Shown: piece by piece, positions 13,401 to 24,800 of the stretch
Position numbering within the stretch: position 1 is the stretch's first letter
Layout: each line of letters opens with the position of its first letter
Source: Antedon mediterranea
Lineage: Eukaryota > Animalia > Echinodermata
NCBI RefSeq assembly: GCF_964355755.1
Contig: NC_092673.1
Span: 4,774,001-4,838,000, forward strand
DNA: 64,000 bases
Direction: 5' to 3'
Translations under genes and position numbers: made by a program
Notes under the pieces: generated by a model
Seen by the model: the letters and a program-made list of their open reading frames with translations, nothing else
The model's database searches: none
What the model was told of the DNA's origin: nothing

Positions 13401-14665
13401 GGGTGACATTTTCACTTATTATTATTATTATGTGGCCTAGAACCAATATACACACCTGGTGCTGTTCCATCATAGTTAAATCCTCTCACCCATAGTGTTG
13501 TGCTATCAATGGCATGGACACTACCAGAAACGCGATGAGCAAAAGTAGTAAAATCTCCTATTTTCTTGCCAAAATAATTGGCAAATTCCTGTGCATGAAT
13601 AACTTTGAAGGAAAAAATAAATACAGTATTATTTTAAGCAAATTATACAGTTTAATAAACTAGAATTTATATATTTATAAAAAATCAATAAACGTATAAG
13701 CCTAAATGACATAACATTTTGCTTAATGAAAAAGTATCGCAAAGTAGCGGGAAAATAACGCCCGCAGCCTATATGCATTTATAAGGAAATAGCAAACAAA
13801 CATAAAAGTCACATGTTCAAATAACGTTTCTTCACATAGAATCTCTAATCGACCCATGTGGCCGTGTCATTCAGTATCGTTTCCGTGACGTATGTATCAA
13901 TATAATTAGTAAAAGTGCATTGCTTTTGTCAAATGAGGAACCTGTGTTAATGTATTCCAACCAACCCGGCATCCAAAGCCCCTGATCATAACTGGGCCCT
14001 CTGGGAGACCTATCTTGTGACTGAGGGTCGCCCAATAAATTCATCTTCTTTCCTTCTTTAGTTCAACATTATAAAATCACGTCTTTTACTTATCATCTAG
14101 CACACACTGAAGCTGTCTACACTATCAAACTAGTGGTGTGATTTTTTTTTGTCACATTAAGTTTCAAAGTGTAGACAGAGCTTTCATAACATCAGGGAAG
14201 AGTGAAATTACAATAGGCCTACTTCTCTGATTACATAAACACAATTTTTGGCCTAAATAGTATGACTGTGTCGTGTTCCCGGTCATGAATCGTAAACAAA
14301 ATAAGCCTTGCCTACTTTCATATCTTTGAGTATCAGAAATACCATGCCATGGAGTAAAGAATTTGTCTTTACTCCATCATCCATGGGAATACTGTACTTT
14401 ATCTTACTGACAGCTTATGGAAAGTAAGAGTGCATAGAATGGTTAAAAACTTCCAGAATACCTCAGAAGAGAAACTGTCTGAAGAATACGACCATGTTTG
14501 AATCTTATTCTGATCGATACAGATAATAATATACACTCAACCAATTGTATTTTATATACCCTTATACATAGCATAAGTTAGCCCTACGTGTTTACGATGA
14601 ACAATACAAAACCTACCTGTAAACAAACTCGATACTATGACAATCACCAAATTAAATTTCTCCAT
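4488..14665 (-). CDS. Knickkopf/Skeletor-family protein (signal peptide, 2x DM13, DOMON, C-terminal domain, Thr-rich stalk, GPI-type signal); ~718 aa, or ~674 aa with the distal last exon
   Basis: 15 GT-AG exons, all phase-consistent: 14617-14665, 13456-13602, 12554-12629, 11883-11991, 11109-11280, 10430-10502, 9870-10059, 9127-9366, 8654-8783, 7272-7385, 6460-6651, 6071-6264, 5522-5552, 5217-5383, 4488-4760. Motifs: FNYDGTAPDAFFWAG and WISIWCRLFAANFG (DM13); DYDGRGPAAYFWVG and IGLWCEIARQNFG (DM13); YMAFGLSG..SMVGSDVTVAW and ISWAIGPIN...KH (DOMON with Met/His candidate heme ligands); GWGIALYING...YHPVYIT; WTPDENTPDLVYYQCYTHRYLGWKI. Confidence 0.93.
4880..5050. mobile_element. MITE family A
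   Basis: Both TIRs present, with TAA on each flank (3-bp TSD). Confidence 0.85.
7473..8098. mobile_element. Kolobok-type non-autonomous DNA transposon, 626 bp (copy 1)
   Basis: TTAA|AGCCCCATTCCCT...AGGGAAGGGGTCT|TTAA: TTAA TSD, AG...CT termini, short imperfect TIR. Near-identical to 18957-19582. Confidence 0.85.
8740..8950. repeat. 104-bp tandem duplication spanning the intron/exon 9 junction of the Knickkopf/Skeletor gene
   Basis: 8740-8846 is repeated at 8844-8950 with one visible substitution. Confidence 0.92.
12067..12191. mobile_element. MITE family B (Harbinger-like, TIR AGC(T/G)TGGTTCCCACTAG), degenerate
   Basis: Right TIR ...AGTGGGAACCAAGCT and internal TTGCGTTGCGT subrepeats. Confidence 0.7.
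12817..12974. mobile_element. MITE family A, full length
   Basis: Long TIRs AGCTCTGTCTACACTATCAAACT, TWA flanks. Partial copies at 12350-12419 and 14111-14182. Confidence 0.9.
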
Positions 14666-15418
14666 TTTGTAAATATCTGTCGTATGAACAACACCAGTCT
14701 GTAACACTTGTAACAATAGCACCAACTATTATAGTCAGTCATACGTCATGCATCAATTGTTTAAATACCTGTTATCTGATTCGTCGGTAAAACCAAACAA
14801 ATAATCTAACGTGACTAAGCAAAACAAATGCAGAAAAGATACGCCTACCAGAACAATATGGTAATTTATTGTCAATAAACAAGAAAATAAATATAATATT
14901 TGTTACAATCGTATACCAGTTATATATAAAACTAAATATTTCTTACAAAAAACCGCTCACCTTTTTTGACGTAACACTTTTAAACGATTGTTCTTTCTTC
15001 ATTAAATGATGCTTTTTTTAAAATTGATATTCTATTTAATAATTTAAGAAATAATGATTTAGGCCTATTATGAAATATTTTTGTTTAAAAATCAGTAGTA
15101 AACATTTTGTGTAACGTAAAGATAGTCTGAAATTAGCAAAACACTATAATATTAACTGCCTAAGGATGTTTAAAAAAAATGTAATTTCCACAATTAATGG
15201 CTGTTTTTCACTAAGCTCGTAGTTTTAGTATCAGTAAAAGTATGATCAACATAAATAGACAATTTTGAGAAAAAACATTTTACGTAGGCCAATGATCAAC
15301 ATTGCATTTAATAACTGATCACTTTCTTATTTTACTAGTTACTAAGATCAATAACTTCCCTTTGAAATACTATCTCAGTGTAAGTGAATCCATTTACGAG
15401 AAATCCTTAATTCTCTAA

Positions 15419-15597
15419 AGCGTGGTTCCCACTAGCGACGCAACACAAGGACGTAACGCAACGCAAGGGAATTGACCAATCACAAGCGATGGCTTATTCG
15501 CTTGTGATTGCTAACTGTCTATAACTTCGCTTGTCATTGGTTAAAACGCTTGCGTTGCGTTTACGTCCTTGCGTTACGTTCAAGTGGGAACCAAGCT
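15419..15597. mobile_element. MITE family B, full length (~180 bp)
   Basis: AGCGTGGTTCCCACT...AGTGGGAACCAAGCT, near-palindromic body, TWA flanks. Confidence 0.88.
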
Positions 15598-16739
15598 TTA
15601 TATCAAGCCTCATTCGCCAAACTACTGTAGTTGATGAGCCCAAATATGGTATTGATATGACATTGTTGTATGGGCAGGGAGATACAGTAGGCCTACGCAA
15701 TTCAATAAAACTTTATTATCCCAAACTTCGGGGGAATTTCATTTGCTGTTATAGACCAAAGATTCATAAACAAGCACAAGCACAAAACCAAATAGTACAC
15801 CAATAACATCAGGTTCATATTTGCACAGCATTGTCTTTTTAGAGTACCATTGTAGGATATAACTGCAGTAGAAATAAATGATTTATTATATCGCTCAGTG
15901 TTTATTTTTCTCATGATCTGCAGGAGGACCAACATTTGAGAGTATTTGGAACGAGAATGAATTTATCCTTCATGATATTTCTAATCTTATTTAAAATAAA
16001 GTCGTTTTTAAACAATCCAGTGGTGTGACTTGATTGCTTATAATCTTACTGGCTTGGTTAGTGATTCTATTTTCTTATCACTTTCTCTCAAAGAATTTTC
16101 ATGACATAATAGAATACTTTGTACAATGGATTTATAATAAAGAATTGATTTTATCATCAACTTTTTTTTTATCTTTTGTGGTTAACCACCACCTTTATTC
16201 ATTCAATGTTACATAAAAAACAATTACAGAACTCATATTATAAGTTTACATTATTTTCTGCCTATTTTTTTGTTATGTTATCTATTGCATATTTAATAAA
16301 AAGTTGTTTACTTATGAAACGTTAGTTATCATAATTTGTGTGTCTTTCAGTTTATATATTTGTATATACATATAATATCAATACATTCACACGCATATAT
16401 ATAGAAATACGTCATACTATATATCAAATATAATATAATTAAAGAATAATAATTTTTATCTAATTTTAACAATTTTTAGCCTCTTAACTTTTCGTGTGTG
16501 TTTTTGTAAATTGTATTTTATATTTTTGTATTTTGCCAGTTTTCAAATCACATTTCTGTTTTTTAAATGGACAATAAAGTATATATGACTATGACTATGA
16601 CTATGACTATAAATCCAAAGGCAAATTTCTGAAAAAAATGACAATGCTGTGGGTATCAGTGGCTGGATCTCAATGGAGATACAAAAAAAAAGCGCGAAAA
16701 GCTAAATCAAAACGATAAAGTAAACAGCCAGAAAAGTTA

Positions 16740-16777
16740 GCAGAGCTTTCGGGCAAACACTAGCCCTTCATCAGTGC
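16740..16777 (-). ncRNA. Minimal type I hammerhead ribozyme (Penelope-associated), minus-strand copy
   Basis: GCA-CUGAUGA-A-GGGC(loop)GCCC-GAAA-GCUC-UGC: core boxes, 4-bp stem II, palindromic AGCU stem III, NUH site CUC, stem I GCA/UGC. Confidence 0.7.
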
Positions 16778-16837
16778 AAGTGAAGGAATTTGGATAACGT
16801 CATAGCATAAAATATATATATATACATACACACACTT

Positions 16838-16874
16838 GCACTGATGAAGGGCTAGTGTTGCCCGAAAGCTCTGT
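16838..16874 (+). ncRNA. Minimal type I hammerhead ribozyme (Penelope-associated), plus-strand copy
   Basis: CTGATGA at 16841-16847, GGGC/GCCC stem II, GAAA at 16864-16867, GCTC cleavage site, stem I GCA/UGU. Confidence 0.68.
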
Positions 16875-18079
16875 TAACTTTTCTGGCTGTTTTACTTCTC
16901 GTTTTGATTTAGCTTTTTGCTTTTATTTTGTATCTCCATTGAGATCCAGCCACTGATACCCACAGCATTGTCATTTTTTCAGTAATTTGCCTTTGGATTA
17001 ATATACACATATATATATATATATACCCATACAATATATACACATATGCATACAATTAACATTAAAACCAAGAACGATAAGAAATATACACAAATATAAT
17101 AAATTAGACCTATACGGGCATAAAAAAACCTATAAAATATCATAAACTTTAAAACTTCAGCCTTATATTTAACACGGAAATCAATTACCATCTCTTTAGT
17201 TTTATTAATATTAAAATCTAAGTAATGTACATGAATTAATATTGATTTGGTATTACTATAATTACTATCTTCAAAACTGCAATATAAAAGGACACACACT
17301 ATACAAAGTTCAATTTTCATTTAAAAACTTTACAGGTTGTATCTATTTTCTTGTTAATCTCAGATTTCCAAAATTTGCTAAAATAGCCTAATTGGCAATG
17401 TTTAAATTTATTATTTTCAAATGATTTTTCCCTTTCGAAAAAGATAAATTTTTAAACAATTTTTCTTGAATATGCCATTTTAATGTCACATTATAATAGT
17501 TATCCATTTTGAAAAACAAAACATCAAAAACAAAATTATTTACCTTAAACAAACTGTGATTAAAGCAAAAAATAGATGGGACAGCAAATGGATTTTTGGT
17601 TAAATATGACCATTTACTTTGTAATTTTATAAATTAATGAAACATTATTTTCTTTCGGTTTTTTTTCTACGAAAGTGATTAACTTAAAACTACAAAATAA
17701 CCTATTCAAAGTCTGATTTAATTAATCTTTATTTTTCATGTTTTGTAGGGACAATTTTTAAATAGTTTTTTAATGATTTTTTTAGTTTAAACTTTGTAAA
17801 TATAGTGTAATTTTAGTACGTTACATTTAAAGGTCTAGAGATTTGGGTTGGGATAGATTACTCACGAACACGACAATATTCACACGGAGTTTAGTAGATT
17901 ATGCTATACTAATATTAACAACCACAATAACAATATGGTGCATAATTGTATTAGGTCATGGAAAGCGTAAGAAAGAATAATTAGGTTAAAGTATTGGTAC
18001 GGCCAGACTGCTTTAAAAAAAACCACAAACAAAAATTTGTATAGAAAGTAACAACATTGCATGAATTGCATATTTCGTT

Positions 18080-18660
18080 GATGAAAACGCGTTAAACGCA
18101 ATAAATTAATTATGCGTTATAACGTCTTCTTGGTTTTCCCCCAGGTCATAGGTTATTTTAATAATATAGGCGCGAGATTGTTGTTGGAGGTGAAAGATTG
18201 ACTTTTGCTAGGCCTGGAAAATGTATCAGAACAAAGTTATTTAAATTTATATTGGCATTTTTGTGTCAAATACACGTCATCTACGATTTCAGCATAGGTA
18301 AAACTACATTGTTTTAGAGCTTTGGGATCGGGAATTCGATCACACTCGTGTGAGTGAGGCACGGCAACAGTAGAGAGAGAGAGGGGTAGGCTATGTGGAG
18401 CCAGCACGAGAAAGCCGGGATTCATTATTATGCTAGGCTAGGCCTAGGCTAGTTAAGTCTAGTTATGAATTCTCACTGAATAATAATTACTACAGACATT
18501 ACTTCCTTCTTTTCGCAATGTGGTATTTGTCAGAGGCCCTACTAGCCTACACACACAGGCAAGCCTAGCTACTAATTAGAAATAAGCTAGGCCTGGCCTG
18601 GCTAAAAAACTAAAGCCGAGAGGCCTAATCATAAAAATGAGGCCTAACCTAGGCCCTATA
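18080..18660 (+). promoter_or_regulatory. RAP80 promoter-proximal region with CpG enrichment, E2F-like GGCGCGA (18169-18175) and TAGGCCTA cluster (18430-18660)
   Basis: Local CpG rise, candidate non-coding first-exon donor AG|GTAAAA at ~18297, and AGGCCTA repeats upstream of the acceptor at 18803. Confidence 0.5.
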
Positions 18661-18817
18661 GCTGACAGTCATTTACCATTTTTAAAGAGTTCTTCCAAAC
18701 ATCCCATCCTCACAGTCTCACAGATTTCCCAAATGCTTATTTATACTGTACAATATGTTTATGTTTGAATAGCCTACGTTAATACTGTATGTTATATTTT
18801 TAGATTGCCTAAAAAAT

Positions 18818-21800
18818 ATGAATTCAGCAGAAGCACAGCCTTCCTCTAAGACGAGGAATGAACGTGTGATGCGAAGGGAACATGTACGCAAGGAAGAAGA
18901 AAGTAAGCTTGTTTAAATCATTGACATAAAAGTTTTGATCAACTTGTTAATTTTAAAGCCCCATTCCCTACGTTTTTTAGATCTAATTTAAGATCACAAA
19001 CTATATTTAATGTAAAAATAATACTATATGGTCCTATTGCGATAACTTTTTTCGTCTTTAAACGGTTAAAAATGTGAAAAATAAATCGATTCTAATAATT
19101 ATAGCGGCCCGCTATAAATCCCAAAATGCATTGCGCGCGGATTGATATTTTTGTTTTTCACCTGTAATTCGCCCACTTTTCGATCGATCGTGAAGCCAAA
19201 ACAAATGGAAGACTCCTAACTTTTCAGCGAAAATACCGGGTTTTCCCCAATTTGTATCAACGGAGTCTGGCAAAAATAGAAAGACAATTAATGCAGCAAC
19301 TATACAACGTCAGGCTAGGTATATAGCTAGCGTACGATGTTCGTACGTTATCGATGTTTACCAGCTAGGCCTACAAAACTAAGCCTAGCTAGGCTAGGCC
19401 TAAGACCGTCCACGAGAGGTCGATCGCCGCGAGCTACTTAGGTAGTGCATTGTTTCTCACTTTTTATCATAATTTACCATAAAACGTACATTTAAGACAA
19501 GGAATGACATGGTTTAATGTTTTTAAAGTGATATATATGTATTATTTTCCAAAAAACGTCCAAAATTGCAGGGAAGGGGTCTTTAAATAAAATTGAAGAA
19601 AAGTTTCAATTACGATAATTTAAGAAAATTCAGGAATTGCCTTAAAAATTACTTCAATATCTAATTACTATAGTATAAGTAAAGGAAAGCCAGAATTACA
19701 AAAATTATTTCATTTTAAGTCATTATTTGGACGCACCTTTATCATCAAAGTATGCCACTGTTGTAAAAGTGAAGTTTCCAATAAATTATTATTATTAAAT
19801 TACAAACATAATTATGCCGTGCTAAATAATAGATAGAATAGAAACAAGTGACGATTTGCTGGCAATATAAAAAAGAAAAATAGCCTATTTTTTTTTAGAC
19901 TAGTTTTATATTTATAATTCTTCCAGGAGAGTTTGAGGGCATGTCTAAAGAAGAGGAAGATCAGATTAAGGTGTGATATTAAATTATATTGTTACTACAA
20001 AATGATATTTGGTATAAATACATGATTATTTAGTATTTAGACAAATTACAATTATTCAAATTTATGTTATATGTTTTTGAATATTCTGTGTCATTAACTT
20101 GTATTTGAATGTACACCTTGATGACTAGTGAAAACAAGTTTTTTTTGGCTATTATTACTTAAACTGTATTGTTTATCATCAGTATTGCTTTACTGTCTTA
20201 AATTTCAGCAAGCCATTGCGCTGAGTATATTAGATAAAAATGGACTGGGCGAGGAGAACGAAGTCTCACCAACGTCCGAGGAGGACAAAGTCTCACAAAC
20301 GTCCCTAGTAAGTAAAATTTGTGTGGCATACTTGAACTAAAGTGCTTAGATGTGATTTGATTATGTTCAATGACTTTTATTTTTTATTTCATAATCTTTT
20401 AATGCATTGTTTTTTTTTTTTGGCATCACATTTGTTGTCTATTAACCGCAAGGTGGATTATTCCACAGTGAACAAATTGTCTACATTTAGTGCTCAATTT
20501 GATCGGGATTGCTTCAATGATGTAAATATTTGCCGTAATTTGATTCAGGGGATTAAAATTATACTTGTAACTATGTTTGGTTAAAAAAGTGTTCACATAA
20601 AGCGTGGTTCCCACTAGCGACGCAACACAAGGACGTAACGCAACGCAAGTGAATTGACCATGGAGCTATAAAATTTATAGCTCCATGAATTGACCAATCA
20701 CAAGCGATGGCTTATTTGCTTGTGATTGCTAACTGTCTATAATTTCGCTTGTCATTGGTTAAAACGCTTGCGTTGCGTTTACGTCCTTGCGTTACGTTCT
20801 AGTGGGAATCACGCTTTAATAGACGTTCTACTATATTTATTTAATTAATGCAGCAGATTAAACACAATTTATAGAGAAATAAAAAGAAAGTTGTTGATAA
20901 GTTATAAAGCTGATTGATAAAAATAATTGATCTATTTAGCCAGTAGACAGAGATCTTAAATTTGCTGTTGTTTAATTCAGGGGGTAGCCCTATTAAATGT
21001 ACATTTTGTTGGGTCCTAAAAGTGTCCCCATAATAAAGGTTATACTATATTTATTTAAGTTTGAAAGCTAATTTGTATAAATCATTGATCTATTTAGCCA
21101 ATAGATGAAGATCACACAGAAAAAAACACCATAAATTCAGGTCAACAATTGTCTGATTCGCAAGTTAGCGATGGATTTGGTGATAACGCAGATGAAGTTG
21201 GAAACGTTGATAAGCACGAGCAAGGTAACATTAAAGAGAAAGACGACAATAAAGATGCGCAAGTTAGCGATGGATTTGGTGATAACGCAGATGAAGTTGG
21301 AAATGTTGATAAGCACAAGCAAGGTAGCATTGAATTGGACGAGAAAGATGACAATAACGACCAATCAAAGGATGACTTTACATTTCCTTATTCGGTTGAA
21401 TCACACAGCTCACCAAAGCAACAAGAGGTTGGTGACAATAAAGGGAATGGTGACAATGTCGAGGATGGGGACAACAATGGACGTTGTGACAATGATAAGG
21501 ATGATGACAACAGTGATAATAGTGACAAAACTGATATGGATTATGAATGTGGTAGAAGTTCTCCACTATTTGAATCTGAACCTGATATTTGTTTGGTATA
21601 TTATCTATTTCTTTCACTTTGTACACAATAATAATAATAAGAATCTAAGTATTTTTTTTTTTTACCATATTTAATGAGCAGCAGTGTCACAAGACAAACA
21701 TATACACAAGATGCTCTACATAAACAAAGTCTTATTACAAGTCTTTGGGAGTGGAGTTGTAAAATCCTGACATATGACAGGACTTGAACCTAGGATTGGT

Positions 21801-24800
21801 AGCCAAGGATCAAAACCACCAAGCCACATCTCCACTCCTAAATGAGATTTAACATAAAGTATACTACTCAGGCATATACCTACACGACCTTCAACAAAAT
21901 ATTATGGAAAACGTGCCTTTTCCTGGTCTTTGGAGCGCCCTTTCCAAACTCAATCAGGAATGCCGAATCGCACCACATTCAAACTACTCATCCAATCCTA
22001 CCTTTTCAATTTGCACTTTCAACATTAATTAATTTTTGTGCTTTTTACATTGATAGTTCAGCGCTTAGAGGGGCCCTGCATTTTGCGCTGTGTAAATCGA
22101 ACATTATTATTATTAACTACTTTCGTATTTTTAAAATCAAAATCATTTTTTTGAAACAATATGATTGAATGACTTTTTTTTGTTAATTTAGGTTGAAGAT
22201 GAAGATATGACCCAGATTTCTCACCAATCGAGTATTCATAGGTAAATTATGTAGATGTTTAAGAATCTTCCAACTTTATTCACATCATACATTAAAAACA
22301 AACAGTACATTATGTGAAAACAGGCCAAAATCAGCTGACTGGCATACTACTACTATAATGCACGGTCTTCAAACAATATTCACTAATGGTTTTTAAACTA
22401 CACACTGCATTGACCCTTTGCACTCTTACAACAATCCTGTCATGGAGTGACAATCAGCATTTTCTACACTCAAATTGTCACTATGCTATTTGAATAATAT
22501 TGATTTATAATGAAAATGTAGTGCACTGCTGTGGTGGGACTATTGTATTTATCTTAAGTTCATATACACTACATTTATGAGAATGCTGTCAAATAAATTA
22601 AAGATAAAAATGATTTTTTTAAAGCGATATTAAATTTCTTTACAGTGAAATGGATATCTTCGCTGTACGGAAGGACAGACTAAGTTTAAAGAAACGTAAA
22701 AGGGAGCCAGTTGACACAGAACAACCCAGGAAAACACCAAAACTTGAAACTAGTGTTCATAATAAAAAGGAGGAGGAATCATCTGAGATTTTTCCATCAT
22801 CAGAACCATACATACCTTTAAAATGTGTGGATAAAAGGTAAAAAAACTATGCATTTTGATGTAGTTTTAATTTTGTTATCTTGTGTCTTCTGCCCCATGG
22901 TTCCATTTCCAGTTAGTTTCACTTAGCTATAAATTCATGCCACTATTTGGATAGCTTTAAATTTATAAGTGGTCAGATGTTTTGGCCTACTCTGACGTAA
23001 TTTTGTACTTTATACTAGGTACATTGAGAAGTAATTCTCAGGTGGGGCTCAAACCCATGACCTCCAGATCACTGGCGTTCATACCTCTAGACCACCAAGC
23101 TTGCGCTGATGGCTAGGGGTTAGATTCGAGCCCGAGTAAGCAGCAGGTACTTTACCAACAGACTATTGCTGGACCTCAGACATAAGCCCATGGGAATATT
23201 ACAGTTTCCTCACTGAGTCTTAGCTGACTTAATTTACCTTTTATTGTTTATTTAAAGAAATCAAGAATATAATATATATTGTAACAGAATTGTTCTTTTT
23301 CTTTTCATATTTTTCTTCAACATCATCAATAGACCAGTAAGTCTGTTATTTTAAATTGTATATTGTTTAAAAAGAAATATAGTTTGTAGGATTTCTATAT
23401 TATAATAGCACTAACCCAAAATTGGTTACTCTATCTTCTAAACTGCATGATACTATTGCCGAACAATTACTTTGCGATGACTGACAATTCGTGGCCAATT
23501 TTGTCTACGTCACAATCAAGTCACATGGTTGGTGGATGGATAATGGCTAGTATTATTCATTCAATCTTTTATTTCGGAATCTCTATGTAATTGCGTATTA
23601 TTTATTTAATTTTGATTAAGTATATATTTCTTTTGTTTATTCAGATTTTAAAGAAATTAAAACCATTATATGCTCCTGACAATGCAAATGCCAACGATTA
23701 CACTTCAATTATTCTTACTATGTTAAACAAACAACTACAAATATTTAGAAGTGCTCAACGTGAACTCTCCAAATTTGCCGCTATGGGGTCACCTGTTCAA
23801 GTCGGCCCATTTATGAGGGGCTGCCTGAAATATCGTAAACGTTCCGAAAAACCGTTTGTCTTTTTTGACAGTAGTGATGATGAACCTGAAGAAATTAATA
23901 AGTCGGGAAAAACTGTAAAATCTCAAAGTGACGCGCTAGGGGAGAATAATCGTAATGTGAATTCTGCTCGGAAACGACGAACGCAAAGCGTAATACACAA
24001 CACGTCCGATTCCGATTTTGAAACCGAGCCAAAGAAACCAAAATTAAGTAAGCAACAAAAAAATCCAGAAAAAAGCGGTCTTGATATTAAGAATGAAGAA
24101 ATTCTTGACGATGATGTTTTATATGCAGGAGAAACGCAACCTTTTTTTGAAGATGACATAAATGAACAACTTGATGATTCACTGTTAAATGACAGTCCAG
24201 TTCAAATTGTGAGTGTGGAGTCTGACCAGGAAACGGATGATGGTCAAGATGCAGATGGACAATCGGGACAACCTTCAGGTCATATAGACTCACAAAATTT
24301 AGACAAATCAACTGAGAATTCTGAAGATAAATCCTCCAATGATTTAAAATTAAAATCTGATAATTTTGTTGATGATGATGCAGTATTGGATGATGTAATT
24401 GAATCAATACTTGAGGATGATAAAGAACCTCATCAAAATGAAAATGAACCCAAAAAACACTTTCAGGATGGTAACGATAGTGACGTGTCATCTGGATCTG
24501 GACCTATTGTGATAAGAGAGAAGCGACCAGACAATTCTCAAGGCTTTTTTGCGCGCAAACGTCGAGCTGATACCGGTGCTTCCACAAGCAGAGGTCTAAG
24601 GTCAAGGCCACGTGAACAATCTCCTGAAATTCCATTAAAAAGTCAACGTAGTGAAAGCCCATCTTCAAAACTAACAAATTTTGATATAGATAAGGTTAGA
24701 AATGAAAAATCTAAAAATACAGTAGAACCACTTCTATTCAGGGGACACTTTCCAGATGTTGTCCCCTTAAGCTTGGTTCCCACTAGCGACGCAACGCAAT

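Larger units (their letters stand above)
16612..17000. mobile_element. Penelope-like element terminal repeats in inverted orientation (~170-bp arms, 50-bp spacer)
   Basis: 16612-16782 is the reverse complement of 16833-17000. Each arm contains CTGATGAAGGGCTAGTG(T)TTGCCCGAAAGCTC. Confidence 0.8.
15700..17300 (-). mobile_element. Fragmented non-LTR retrotransposon remnant (Rex1/CR1-like), interrupted by other repeats
   Basis: Degenerate late-RT motif YLDFNINKTKEMVIDFR at ~17172-17225, RKINTERYNKSFISTAVISYN at ~15850-15915 (resembles the R-T-x-R-Y-x-x-S-F-I-P-x-A-I end of these ORFs), and an AATAAAG tail at ~15710. Confidence 0.55.

Noticed and set aside
15494-15806. ORFs with LCLHYQT / SLPYLG / MVVIFPN peptides (also 26331, 28113, 29422, 37796, 58878)
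   Set aside because: Translations of MITE families A and B, not genes.
21137-21674. Alternative-frame and antisense ORFs over the RAP80 acidic exon (also 23923-24491 and 63359-63838)
   Set aside because: Shadow ORFs of low-complexity coding exons.
21760-21838. tRNA gene (also 33470-33535 and 23040-23100)
   Set aside because: A/B boxes are present but no complete cloverleaf; each is attached to a repeated body, so these are SINE heads.
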